Source of the DNA: Oculina patagonica
Taxonomy: Eukaryota
Length of the DNA: 64,000 bases
NCBI RefSeq assembly: GCF_052425735.1
Contig: NC_135760.1
Coordinates: 248,001-312,000 of the forward strand
Reading direction: 5' to 3'
The position numbers and the translations under genes were made by a program. Positions 1 to 13,514 of this stretch are shown here, one piece after another; the stretch's first letter is position 1, and every line of letters starts with the position of its first letter. Below the pieces are notes generated by a model. The model was given only the letters and a program-made list of their open reading frames with translations, was not told where the DNA came from and did no database searches.

Positions 1-327
1 AATTGTCGGAACGGAGCTGCTCTAGTAGTACTTCTAAATTCCTGCAAGACGCGTGGGGCGAGCATGATTTGGCAAATGGTACAGAGATTTTCTGGTCGTT
101 TTGGTTGGAATAGAAACGTCTTACTTGAATGTGCTTTCCCATAAGAGTTTCAAAAGAAAATTTTGGTATGACAAATGGTAAACGCCCCGGGATTCAGAAT
201 CCCGACTTGTGGAAAAATTAAACAGTTGGCTCTTAACATAAGATACCCCATTAGTTTCCTGTTGCATACAAGATCTTATATAATGACTTGCTAATTTACC
301 AAGCTGTGTGCCATCTTCCCGTTACAG

Positions 328-3300
328 GACATCCAACAGGCCTTAGCAGCTAAAGAACCAGAGGTATCCTCGTGCAAAGAGATGGGTGAAAACCTCAAGA
401 AATATCTCATCGACGACGAAAAACCGAAGGTAGACCAAGCTTTGAGCGAGGTGGATGAAAAATGGAACTCTTTGCAAGCAGAGGTGGACAAGCTCGCTAA
501 GAAGTTGTTCTCATCTCAGGAGCGTGTTGACAGCTTCCAGCTTGAAGTGAATGAACTAAAAGCATGGCTGACAGAGACGGAAGGGACGCTGAGCAGTGTG
601 GAGCCCGTGGGCGTGGAACCAGAGAAAGTTAAACAACAGCTGGGAGAACAGGCGGTAAGTGACCTCGCTTTGAGGACGAGGTTATGTTGATCAGGTTAAC
701 GTTTGAAGGCGAAGCATGTCATGACGCTTTTAGTTAATTTTGCAACAAGAAATTCATCCATGAGCATACAAATCATTTAAATAGAAAGAACATTAAGTTA
801 TTGTGCGGCGTTTGACAGGAAAAGGAGGAAACGTTCTACTCGTGAACGGCTGGAAAATATTGCCACAAATTTCTGTTGCGTTCTTTTTAGCAAATTTCTA
901 TTCGATTTTATAGGTAATCTAGGTTGTTTCGATTTTTAGGTTTGCTGAAACATGTCTAACAATTAAAAAAGACTAATCTATGTGAAAAAGGACCTAATAC
1001 TTGTTTCAGATGGTTTGTTTCATTTACTGGTTTTCTAATGAAAGTACCATCCCAAATCGGATTACATTTGAGATCAATCCAGCAATCTGCCTCTCTGGAT
1101 CGTGTTTATCACAATCTAAATAAAACTGATATTCGTGCCTCTAATTATAAATTCCTGTTTAAGCTGATGAGCTAAAGGAAACGCGTCATATTCGTGTAAG
1201 GAACATTTCGTTCATTATTCTACTTATTCCTCTCTCTGGAGTATCAACATGAACATTCTTGTTTTGTTTGTTTCCAGGCCCTTAATGCAGACGTGGCAGC
1301 GCATGAGAAACCCGTAAAGTCCGTATGTGAAAACGGTGAATCTCTGATCCCGGTGTTACAAGACGACGAACAACAAGCCGTGAGAGATGATCTTGACAAC
1401 ATCAAGACACGCTACCAGAATGTGAAGAGTGAAACATCAGCTCGGCAGGCCTCGCTTGTGGAAGCCCTGTTACTGTCTCAGCAATTCAGAGATATTCACA
1501 AGGAGGTGGTCACGTGGTTAGATCGCTGTGAAGAAAACTTCCGTAAGCTTGACGATGGATCAGTTGCAGAGCTTCAGCAAGAGAGAATCAAGGTAAGCCT
1601 GTAGTTTATTACGATCTTAAAGCCTTTTACTTTTACCTTAAATAAAGTTATGTCGTATCGCTCATAACGTCAGTCATATAAGGTACAAAACGTCATAAAA
1701 TAGTTCCCTAAAGTAGGGGTGAAAAGAAACTGAAAAAGAACCAAGATGATTCAGATTGAGAAGGATTACGATGGATTTCAAACCGTGCTGCGTCACCCGC
1801 GACGTTCTTCTGTTTTGTAACGCAATCTTCCCGAAATGTTGCGTGACCAGCACAAAAGAATGTCTGCTACCCGTGACCTAGTTCCATATAAGCCATTCGT
1901 GTGATGTCAGCTATACTTACTTTAAGACTCTTCGATAAATTACGATTTTTTAATTTGTTTCATTTTTTTAGTCAATCCAGGAAGGCATCACTGCCCTCAA
2001 AGTTTTGATCGGTAATTTGGAAGAAACCGGAAACGATCTGGTCAAGTTGAGTGGTCCGGGAGAGGGATCCAGTTCAATTGAAGAGAAAGTGGCGACCTGT
2101 CTGGAGCGCTATGAACGGCTGCAGAAGCAGACCGAGGAACGAGGAATAAAGATCGGCATTACACTAGCACAGGAAGAGGAGTTACAGAACAGACTCGAAG
2201 AACTGCAGGCTTTGTTGGAGAGAAGAAAGGATGAGTTCGGCAATCTAAAACCTATCAGCGTCCGACCAGATACCATTCGTGCACAGATTGAAGAGATGAA
2301 GGTATGTCATCGCTAAAAAGAGGCGTGAGTGTTGTGGTTCACTGTGAAAGGTGGAGCGAACTCAGAGAAAGAGCTAAAAGAGACATTGTATTACCGTTAC
2401 TTTTAGTATACAGAACCAAAAGAGATTTAATACCATGTTCTTCGGCAAATGTCAACTTGCCAACGATTCTTTTTATGTTTCCTCCATATATCCACAAGGA
2501 ACACAAAATCATTCACTTACTTTCACGTATCTCTAATGACTGATGTTCTACTATCGTCGTCGCCGTTAATTATGTTCTTAACGTCTGAAACTTTAACTGA
2601 TCTCCTGCATATTTTAGACCACATAACCTCTTTTGCTTTTCTATTTCTTGCGGGATCTTTAGGAAAGCAGCGTCATTCCTGTTTCCGTCTTGCGTATATT
2701 TAAGAGCCCAAATTAATTGTTGTTGTACATTTTCTTTAAGGGACTTCAGAGCGAGTTCGATCCTGAGAAGGAACTGGTTGAGGAAGTCAGACCGTTAGTG
2801 ACAGCTGTTGTAAACGCCAATCCAGATTCCAAAACATCACTACTCATGAAAGACAAAATGGCCAAAGTTTCCACGCTATCAGCCGATACTCAAACCTTGT
2901 ATGATGACAGGCTCAAAGCCCTTGAACAGGCCCTTGATGCTGGGGACAAGTTTTGGACGGGCTTAGATGAGATCAAGCACATTCTGAAGGATGTGCAGGA
3001 TCATCTCGACTCAGAGGAGCCTCCTGCCGCTGACCTGGAAGTTCTGGAGGAGCAGATTCATGATCACCAGGTTAGGAGCTTATAAACGTTTGTCCGATAA
3101 GATATTCAGATATAGTCACGCGTCAGGCCAAGCTTGAAGAGAAGTCTTAAACCAAAATGCGGCTTTGATATGATTGTTATTTAGAAGTTTCACTTTGTTT
3201 GGTGACAGTTTCGCCGTATCTAGTGTGGCCTTGTTCCTATATGGTTCTCTGAGATCATACAATCGAAAGGAATCTCATAATAACAGCTCCCGAGACACCA

Positions 3301-6300
3301 CAGAGATAATAATACGACAGAGGAACAAGGATAGTGAAGATTGGTACAGATAACAAATAACGAACTTGAACAAGTAAAGCTCGATTTTCAATATGTACCG
3401 TCTGTGATAACCTCATTAAGCTTCACAAGTTGATAAAGTGCCGTTTGTCAGAAAAATAAACTTTCTAGTGTCGTTGCACTGAGTCAGTGCACCTTTAATT
3501 TTACATGATTTTGTCTTTGTTTAGGAACTTCGTACGGAGCTGGATGCGCACAGCGAGGCAGTGAATGTGTTGTGCGAGGCCAGCCCTGTTCTTGTAGCGC
3601 ACTGCAGTTCTAGCGACAAGCAGTTGGTACAAACAGAACTGGCGCAGATCACGTCACAATGGGCAGACATCGAGAAGACGTGGAACAAGAGAGAGGCTGA
3701 CATGGGAGATGTCAAGGAAACCGCCACTCAATACCATAACACCCATGATCCTCTGCTGGCTAGGCTGACTGAACTGGAACAGAGGCTGGCCGAGCAGCCA
3801 CCTGTGGGGACTGAACTGGATATTGTCAAAGAACAGTTACAAGAGCAGAAGGTAGCTGTTTTGTGCTTGGCTAATTCTAATTTTTTTTTATTCTACCTCA
3901 ATCCAAAATCTGACTGAGACCAATTACAGTGAAACAAGAACATTACGAATGTAATTAAAGTATTTAAAAACTTATTTCAAAAGTGCCTTAACATAAAAGA
4001 AGTGTTCAATTCACCTTAATAGTTTTAAAAAAGTTTTAACCAGCGTGGCCGAGTGGTTGTAGCGCTCGTCTAAGACAGTTCTGAGCCGTTCCCCATGACA
4101 GTAGGGTCTTAGCAGTTCAGCTTTATATCCAACTGATCAGCCTCCTGCAAGTTGGAATTCTTGATTCCCTTTGTTAAATAAATAAATATTTCCTGTATAT
4201 CAGGCCTTCCAAAAAGAACTGACTCCAATCCAAAGCGATGTAACGGCAGTGAACCAAAAGGGAACAATGTTAAGCGAGCAGTGTCGCCCTGAAGACTCAG
4301 AGCTGATCACAGCGCAACTGGAGGACGTGAATGCTCGGTGGGATGACTTGTGTTTGCACTCCAGCGAGAGGCAGCAGACTATTGAAGAAGCTCTGTTACA
4401 GCTAGGGCAGTTCCAACTGGCGTTAGAAGAGCTGCTTGTGTGGGTGAAACAGACCAATGCCACTCTGGACGAACAACTGGCGAAGAATGTTCGTGGAGAT
4501 GTTAAGTTTATTGAAGTGGAGAAAGCAAAACATAAGGTGAGATTTGCTTCGTCTTTGGCATTCTTTAGGCAGTGTTCGTATGGATCCTGGAAAACCTGGA
4601 AAGCCCTGGAATTTTATTGTGGCACTTTTCCAGGCCTGGAAAGTCCAGGAAAAAGACTACCGGTCCTGCAAAGTTATAAAAATCTGTTGAACTCATGTAA
4701 CACCAGTATTCTCAGGACTAACAATATAAGAAATGCATGGCAGACAGTAAGGAGAAATAATATTGAGATGTTGAGAGTAAAAAATCCTGGAGAATTGTTT
4801 ATGAAAAAGGGTACGAACCCTGTTTAAAATAAAAACAAAAAATGCCAATAACATCGTATGCTGTGGCTACTGAATTTAAAAAATACTGGCTGGACTGTAA
4901 TTGAAATATTTTCTTTGTTTGTTTGTCAGATTCTCCACAATGACATCCTCGCACACGAACCGTCCGTGGAATCAGTGTCACGTGCCGCTTCCTCCCTCCT
5001 GATGGAGAACGGAGACAGTAAGCTGGAGAGCGGTGCCCTGCAGGCGAAGGTGACGGAGCTACAGGATGGCTGGCAGGAGATTCTAGACAAGGCTGCTCGC
5101 CTGGACGCCGAGCTTGAAGCTGCCCTGAGCGCGTCACATGACGTCATGGACCAAATGAAGGAACTTAGGACTTGGCTGAATGAGTCACGTGAATTCCTTT
5201 ACTCCAGGAGACAGATCGGTGGCCGACCCGAGAGTGCGCGGAATCAACTTGCCAAACATAAGGTTTGTTTGTCTGTTTGTTTGTTTAATCCATTGCACTG
5301 CTCTATTTCTTGGTCAATGGGTAGTCCCTGTTCCATACAGCTTTTAAAATGTCCATCTTCATTTTGTCTCCTTCAGCCGGTCAAGAATTTAATATGGTAA
5401 ATTTAGTTAACTAAGGAGAAAGTTGACACCAAAACAATCCTTGTCGACAGTGACAGTGAACCTGCGAGGCGGTCTAGCCGGTTCATGTTGTACTGTGTGT
5501 TAACTCCAGAGCAATTTTGTTAATGGCCTTGAGCTACCAAAAAGTTGGCCGTTTTCTTCAGATGTAGTGACCTTCCGTTTAATTTTATGCAATCGAGTTA
5601 TAATGCAAATCCTGACTAGGTGACCGTTTGGTAGGTTGTGTATGTCTTAACAGAATTTTATTTGTCATATCTCGATGTCATCGATCGCATTGTATCCACA
5701 GGACTTCTTGGACGTGCTAGAGAAACGTAAGGAAACCTACGAGCGAATCACAGAAGCTGTTCAAGCAATGATCAGTAACAGCGACCCAACCACGGCAGCC
5801 TCGCTTCAGAGGCAGCTGGATGAAGTGAAGGAAGCCTGGGAACAAGTAAGCACCAAGGCGGACGAGGAGGGTCATAAGCTGGACAATGCGCTCAAGAATG
5901 CGGAGGAATTGGAGAGACAACTGACCGACATGGACTTGTGGCTCACACAGGTTCATGATCAGATAGTCTCCTTTGATCATGTCAGCTCCATTCTGGATGT
6001 TTTGGAAAAACAACGGCAGGAATATAAGGTACAAAATATCGACCAAAACGATTGCTTTGCTGTTAATCTCTGAACATATATAAATATCATGGTAAACATC
6101 TCGTTTGCATCCGTCACATTTAGCGATACAATTTTTTTGACAAGCACTTTTTTCAAGCGTCTTCATAGCAATCATCTTGTTAGGCAACCAGGAAAATAAA
6201 AGCGATTATATTTTTCGGAGCTCGTACTCGAAATACCGAAAGTCGCGCTACTTCATCATTTCAAAGTGAAAAAATCTTGGAACTTTATGTGAAAATAAAA

Positions 6301-9300
6301 TAAGTCACTCGTGCTTGGGTATACTCTGGCCAATAATCGATCGTTTGGTTACTTATTTGCGCCTCGATGTGTTGTAATCTTTCCCCTGTCAACCGTTCGT
6401 CCTTCGTAGGATCTCAAAGACGACATCGATGCTCATCGTGAACCATTCAAACAGCTGAAGATTCTGGCGTACAAGATCACTGATGTCTGTATGCAGGAGG
6501 ATGTCGCTTATATCGAGGTCACTGTTACTGAATTAGAGGCTCGCTGGAAGGAGCTGCTTGGCCTGTCTTCTGGGAGGAAGAAAGATCTGGACGAAAATTA
6601 CAGGTTGTCACAGAAGTTCTTCAAGGGTGCTGAGGAGTTGTTGAAGATGTTGGATGAAGCAGAGCAAGGCCTTAAAGACGAAGAACCGATCGGAGTGGAT
6701 CCTGCTCACTTGAGGGCGCAGCTCAAAAAACACAAGGTTGGTATCAACGTTTTGTCTCTTTAGCCAAGTCCGCTCAATAGTACTAAAACTTGAGACGCAT
6801 TTACAGCCGTGTAAAACTAGTGCATTTCAGGCGAAAGAAGTGCAAATAACGCGTGACACGACTTGAAACTTTGATCGTGTACAACTCGACTTGTGGTACA
6901 AACGTAAGCTTTTGGTTAACTTTAAGTTGAATTTCGCGTGAGATGGTTTAGCCAAATACAACTCGACCTGTATACAGTGACTCTTGTGTTTCCCGAGCGC
7001 CACTGTACTTTAAGATGTTACTGCGTCTGCGTTTTTTTTTTTTTTTTCTCGCTTATGTTGTTTCACTTGTGCAAACTAGGCTTAATTTTCTGCACGTTAT
7101 AATGATTTGTCCTTTATTTGATTGTCAGGAGTTCCAGTCCATGTTGGGTGCAAGTCAAACATCAATGGATGGCACAATTAAGACAGGCAAAGTGTTGATG
7201 GACAAGTGTCCTGAAGATGACGCCATCACGATTGAAGGAAAGATAGCTGACCTCAAGGCACGATGGGACGCTATCTGTGCGCTGTCAGTGGAAAGGTACG
7301 TGAAAACTACGCAACTAGTTACAATGTTGTCCATCGTTACAAAACACTTTAAACACTGATTTATGCTATTTTAAGTTTTTTACAATTGACTAAAATTGCG
7401 TGACCTGGCGTGAAATAATCACCTGCAGCAGCGTGACCTTACGTGCCAGAATCGCAAACGAAAGCGTGACCCAACCCCATCAATTTATCGTTGATTCGAA
7501 GACAGTGATCGTCGACCCTCAGTAGCTTGTCTGTGGACATAAGTTGCCATGGTTACTAACTCTGTTTCATTCCCTGCACAGGCAACAAAAGCTCGAGGAA
7601 GCGCTTCTCTTCACTGGCATGTTCCAAGATGCTTTGCAGTCTCTGCTGGACTGGCTAAGTGCAGTGGAACCCAGTCTCTCCACGGAGACCGCCGTCATGG
7701 GTGATCCTGAAACAGTTCAGATCTTGATCGACAATCACAAGGTGAAGAAACAGTTCTGTGTTGTTTTTGTTAAAATGGAAGGCAGAATTACGATCAGACA
7801 ATGTTCTGCCTTTAACTAAGATACTGCCAAAATACTAAGCACACATTAGCTTGAATGAGACAAGATTCTGCCTTTCGACTAAGCTTTATTTCTTACAACA
7901 TGCAAAGCTGACCTGTTTTGTTCCATAGACGTTCCAACGTGAGCTTGGCCGCCGCCAAGCGAACTATGACTCTGTGATGAATGCAGGCAGGACAATGGTG
8001 GATGAAAACAAAGTTGAGGACCCGCAGAAACTGGAAGAGAGGCTTGAGGACTTGCGCGTGCGCTGGGAAGCTATCAGCGCCTTGTCCTCCACCAAACAAG
8101 ACAGGTGAAACAAAAATTAAACAATCTTATAATCTTTCTTTCTAAATCGTACCTGGAAAGAAAACGACTGCTTTTATTGGCTAGCAGGACTAGAAAATAC
8201 TCACATCAACCATCACCGCTTACTTTTGCTTTGCTTTAATTCCTCCTCTAGGTTGGAGAATGCGCTGGTTTTGGCGAAGGAGTTCGACACTGGTGTGAAG
8301 ACCGAGTTACGGATACTGAAGGACTTTGAAGACACGCTCAGGGGACTGGGTCCTATTGCCGAGGACCTGGAAACTATTAGCGAGCAGCTGACGGAACACA
8401 AGGTAAATGGGACATAATGACGTATCGTCATACTTGTCGTTTGTTTCGTTTCTTTAATTGTTCCTTCAGTATTGGAGGTGCAAGGGTCATAGCTTTGACG
8501 CCTCAGACTTTCACAACGGTTCCCTTTCTTTGGCCTAAGTTCTCTTTCAATTAAATTGAATTTTTTTGTTTGAAGTCGGCAAGTTTACTCGTGGTCTGTA
8601 TGACGTTATCAATTCAACTGACTGTCGTTTTCACTACAGGCTTTCCATGAGGACTTGATGGCAGAGGAAGTGAATGTACAATCAGCAATCAAGAAGGGTC
8701 AGGTGATAGCGCGCTTCTGTCATCCCAGCGCCCTGCAGATTATCCAGCAGTGGATTGCAAGACTCAAGAAACGCTGGGATGAGGTAACAAATGCGATCAA
8801 TTAATTAATGGAGCCCTTTTATAAAACAGCTTTGCACATTTCAATTAAAAGCTTGTTTACAAAACGGTTCATATAAAAATTTTGTTTAGCGTCAAGTAGT
8901 GTGTTTTCTTCTCTTAAAAACACAGAAACATTTATGTCTTTTATTTAAAGAAGCAGATACTTTCCAGTGTTCTTTTAGATACGGAAACACTTGTGAAATC
9001 TTGCAGCAAAATATCTGAATCCCCTCCCAATGTCCACAAATGTACGGGAAATGTTAGGAGTTTTTATTTTTCAAAGCAAGTCTTTTGTTGCTTTCCGAAG
9101 GGCTCGTAAAATGTTATAATGAAGATAGTATATCTAACGGACTGGCCGGCTGTGTTTTCAGGTACGCAAGTGGTCAGTTCAACGACTGACGCGCCTGGAA
9201 GAAGAACAAGCCAAGCTGACAGAAGAACAGAGTATGATGGAGGAACTACTAAAATGGATCGGAGAGAAGGAAGAAATCCTGATCGAGAAGGAAAACGAAC

Positions 9301-11581
9301 CCATACCAGACGACGATTACGAACAAGTCATGAAACTGTTGGAAGACCACAAAGGATTCCAAGAAGAAATGGCTAAGAAACAACCGACCTATGACAGACT
9401 TACTAAGTCAGTCAAACGGCGCGGCTCTGTTGTGCCTGCTGCTGCCGCTTCCCCGGTACACGCGCAGGTCACTCCAGAGCACAAACAAGGGCGCCGCCCA
9501 AGCAGCAGAATACCGAAACTCGCCAGCCCTGCCACCTCCTTTACACGGGAACGATCACGTGACAAGTTGACCAGCCCAGGCTCCTCGTTCACGCGGTCAG
9601 GTTCTGCCACGCTTGACAGAAACCATCCAGCTTTGCTGCACATGTCCAAACGATGGCAGCATTTGTGGCTTCTTTCAATGGAAAGACTGCGACGTCTTCA
9701 GGAGAAGCTGGAGAGAATTGCAATCGTAAGTACAGCTGCCACTTGGCTTGGTTTACGTTTTAGAAGATTTTCGCCAAAAGCCTGCGCCTAAGTCAATCTC
9801 GGTACTTTGAAGTGTGTGACTCGCGTTGCTTTGCGCTTCGGGCGCTACCGCAAAAATCTCTTTCAATAATTCACATGTAACTACAGGTAGTAGATAGTAA
9901 CACGCCCACCCTGTCGCTATTGTCGTTTCTTTGAGGCTTCTCTCGACACTTGATCAATATAAATCATGGTATCATTTCCTCTAAGCTAGTGTCGTAAAAT
10001 GCGATGGAAACTTTCTACATTTACTTGTAGACAGTGTTCTGATTTGTTTATTTTATTTTTATTACAGAGACGTGCCTCAGCGAAGTTTGACTTCAACGAG
10101 TGGAAGAATAGGGTAAGATTCCTACCTCGAATGTTCACATTACAATTTCGTTTACACTGCAGACTGGGAAAGATATTTTAGATTGATTTTAACATATATT
10201 GTACTTCCCAGTTAATGGGAGGCGCGGTAGCTTACTGAAACAAATCCATTTTGCCGCTGGGTTCCTTTTGCTAAGGAAAAATACTTTGCTCTAACAGGGC
10301 CGTCACTCTGTCTATCCGAGAAAGGAGATTGCAAGTGGGTCCCATCTTACTGTTAAGGCAACTTGACCGCACACTGGCTGAAAACACCTTATACTCTTAG
10401 TCCAGCTTTATGCTACAGAATAAAGCTCCTTCGATGCCTAAGAACGGCACAGACCAAACGTTAAACCTTAGCTTCAGATGTTTATTCGTAATTCTGTTTT
10501 GTTTGCACACAGTTTAACAAGTGGCTGCGTGACAGCAAGTCACGCGTTCTTGATATCTTCCGCCGCATGGATCACGACCGAGATGGTAAACTAACTCGAG
10601 AACAGTTCATCACTGGAATACTCAACACAAGTAAGCGTGACATAATGTTTTAACCAAGCGTGACATCCTGTTTCAAACCAGCGTGACTACCATGTACACG
10701 TATGTGGCACATTTTGTGTATTAGTTTAACACTGTATTTCTTTATTTTAAGGTTTCCCTACAGAAAGATGGGAGATGGAAATAGTCGCCAGCAAATTTGA
10801 ACGTGACGGACTCATTGACTACAAGGAGTTTGTGAATTCACTAAAAGACAAAAAACCGGTGAGTCGTAGTTTCTTGTTTATTTGTAGAACAGTACTTGAC
10901 AAATGGCAGGAATTTGTTTTGAAATGAGAATTACAAACGATGGGGAGGGTGAAAATGGATTACAATACGAACAAACTTGAAAACACTCGGTTGGCGGGCT
11001 TTTCTTTCAAATTTGCCTCGGGGTTTCTTCTTTTGTCCCAAAGCTTACACGAGGTTTTTCTTTCCGTAAATCGAGGGGACACGTTTTACTTTTCTAGGCA
11101 AACTCCTTTGTCGTCAGTAGAATTATATTTTGCAGTAGTATTAGGATGATTTTATTTTTCGTTTTGGTAAATATTTGCTTTGCTTTTTTATCAGTCGGCC
11201 AAGAAGCCGGAGAAACCGAAGACTGAAGAGCAACAGATCCAGTCAGAAGTGGAACGCCAATGTCGCAAGTGTGCGTGTTGCACTCAGTACCAATTCGTAA
11301 AAATAGCCGAGAACAAATACAGGGTAAGTTCATCTCTACCTGTAGTCCATAATATTTACCATTAGTAGAAACTCAGCTGTGTTCTATTGGAAATCCGCGA
11401 ATCTGATTGGTTCTCCCAATATTCGCCGATAGAAAACAGTCGCACACGCGAGTAGCTCTTCAAGCGGTAAATTTTGTTGATTTTTGTCTTCAAAGTGCAC
11501 AATATTGTAGGTTTTGGACTGCAATCCTTTAGAGTTTCTACTAAAACAATTAGACTACTCGTCCTCGTTTTCTATGAGCGA

Positions 11582-11613
<32 letters not shown>

Positions 11614-12860
11614 ATAGACGATTCCGTCACGACACGCCTTCACTTTTCCATAGTGGTATTATGTTTTTAACATTTCTTTACTTATCCCGTGCCATGAAAT
11701 TACGGTACCATATATCAGAAGCCGTTAGGTAAAAAACTGTTACATATCCGGTGGAATTGCATAACGTGTATTTAACTGACCTCTTTTCATGCATCTCTTG
11801 TAGTTCGGTGACTCCCAGAAGCTGCGATTGGTCCGTATTCTTCGCAGTACTGTCATGGTCCGAGTCGGAGGAGGCTGGGAAACACTAGATGAATTTCTTC
11901 AAAAGAACGACCCTTGCAGAGGTAAATAAACAGTTCTTATCGAACGCGCCTTGTGTGTGTACAGTAAATACTGATTAGTGAGCGCTCAGGTATGTTGACA
12001 CTGGCAGAATTTTCCTGCGCTTTGGTAATCATGTCAACACTTTTGGCCCGGGGGGAGAAGGGCGGGGTCAAATTTCTGATCCAAGATTTGTGTTGGACGA
12101 CTTTTGAACAACAGAGTCCAGGACTCTGAATAACTATTCAGAAGCATTACAATATTTTTCTGTTTATTGTTCTTCAGCTTCCGGCCGAACAAATGTAGAA
12201 CTCAGAGAACAGCTGTCAAGACCAGAAGGCGTAACGCAAACAATGGGGACCTTCACAAGCAGACGGCCCTCGGAACAGAGGACGTCAGTGGTTGCTGACA
12301 AACCACCCGCTGGACCGGGCCGAAAACCACGACTTGACGTGCCGAGCAGCGGTTACGGAATACGCCGAGAGAAATCTGGTGAACTTCGGCCTCGTCGTGA
12401 AAAGTCTGGAGAACTGAAACCGCCCAGTGGCCCTCCCAAGCAGAGAAGCGGGACAAGCTTAAAGGGGACGGCTTCTCCAGGAAAGAAAACTAGTGTCGGT
12501 TCAAGAGTAAAGAAAACCGACAGCCAAACGTCGCTTGGAAGTACGGGATCCCTCGAGGATTCTTCGGAGACCTCATCTCCTCGGGTATCTTCGGGAATTC
12601 CTTTAAGTCCCACTAGTAGCACCTCGTCTCGCGGGTCCCCGGATCGCCCCAGTTCAGCCGCGTCAAAATCTCCCGGTAAGGGGACTGGACTCTCAAGAAC
12701 TGGAACATCAGGAAGTCGTGAAAATGTGAGAAGTAGCAGAGAAAGTCTTCATAAACCTAAAGAAGGGGCGCGTGCCAGTCCAACATCCAAGAGTGCAAGT
12801 AAGAGCCCTGGAACAACAAAAGCAAGGAATGGCGAGGAGAAAAAGGGCGCAAGAAAGTAA
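328..12860 (+). CDS. MACF1: Spectraplakin (MACF1/dystonin/Shot family), 3' part; the 5' end lies upstream of the window
   Basis: GT-AG exons in consistent phase: 328-654, 1278-1592, 1972-2301, 2741-3070, 3525-3851, 4204-4536, 4930-5262, 5702-6028, 6410-6736, 7129-7295, 7582-7741, 7929-8104, 8252-8402, 8640-8783, 9162-9725, 10068-10112, 10513-10630, 10752-10858, 11195-11323, 11804-11921, 12178-12860 (TAA). Encodes spectrin repeats (conserved W, e.g. [22 protein letters not shown]), [29 protein letters not shown] (EF region), and a GAR domain [42 protein letters not shown]. The symbol denotes the family (co-ortholog of MACF1/DST). Confidence 0.96.
4570..4822. mobile_element. Non-autonomous TIR element (MITE) in a spectraplakin intron
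   Basis: Termini CAGTGTTCGTA...TACGAACCCTG; internal CCTGGAAA repeats; TSD degraded. Confidence 0.55.
10217..10470 (+). mobile_element. Degenerate tRNA-derived SINE
   Basis: GGGAGGCGCGG head and patchy similarity to the SINE at 16845-17108. Confidence 0.4.
10513..10858 (+). other. EF-hand pair exons of the spectraplakin
   Basis: Loops [13 protein letters not shown] and [12 protein letters not shown] align with the two spectraplakin EF-hands. Confidence 0.9.
11195..11921 (+). other. GAS2/GAR microtubule-binding domain exons
   Basis: [30 protein letters not shown]|[25 protein letters not shown]...NDPCR. Confidence 0.95.
11363..11615. mobile_element. Hairpin-ended repeat (Crypton-like non-autonomous element)
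   Basis: CTGATTGG head and an internal terminal hairpin TAGACTAC...GTAGTCTA; same architecture as 23513-24083 and 32263-32739. Confidence 0.4.
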
Positions 12861-13508
12861 ACATACAGATAAGGACAAAGCGAGTGCGATCATTTTTTGG
12901 TGTAAAAAACAAGTTAAAATGGACAGAGTGAAGCATTAGGTAGTCTTTAAAGTAAATTGTCTTTGACAGTCTAGGAAAGTATTTAATATAGATCTCTTTA
13001 AGAGTGAGAGTTTAATAAGTGGTATTCTAATATTATTTCAATTAAAAGTCGTTTATACGAAAATCTAGCAACGACCACAGATATGCAATCGTTTTTTACC
13101 CGCTAAGCCTAATTCTTCGTAATTGTAATAAGATTGACAATGGCCATTTTTCGAGAGTTGGGCAATTTTTATATCATGTAAAGCTCTCTCGCCTGTTTTG
13201 TTTGCTCAAAGATAAGCAAGCTTTGTATTCAATATTGCTAGCCATAATCACTTCAGTTGTAACATAGCCCTTTCATTGGGAACGTAATAGTAAACTAAGT
13301 TAATGAGACGTTTTTTGGACGATAATATTTGTTGAGAAATTGTAGAGTTTGAAACTATTTAAGTAGAAATTAATATTGTCACATTTGAATATTTCATAAC
13401 GCTAGCTGTCCGTGTTTGGCATGGGAGAGTTGACATCACTTTCAACTCTCTTTGCTTCCGTGTTTTTGCGAAAGCTAATTTAAAGTTATGAGCATTTTGT
13501 AGGAGTTT

Positions 13509-13514
13509 AATAAA
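13509..13514 (+). terminator. Probable polyadenylation signal of the spectraplakin
   Basis: AATAAA about 650 nt after the stop codon, followed by a GT/T-rich tract. Confidence 0.5.

Noticed and set aside
4040-4170. tRNA-like sequence (A-box GTGGCCGAGTGG)
   Set aside because: No complete cloverleaf; likely a decayed SINE head.
291-12893. Minus-strand ORFs overlapping spectraplakin exons, and the extended ORF 4249-4827
   Set aside because: Antisense shadows of coding exons; the 4249 ORF reads through a donor site into a MITE.
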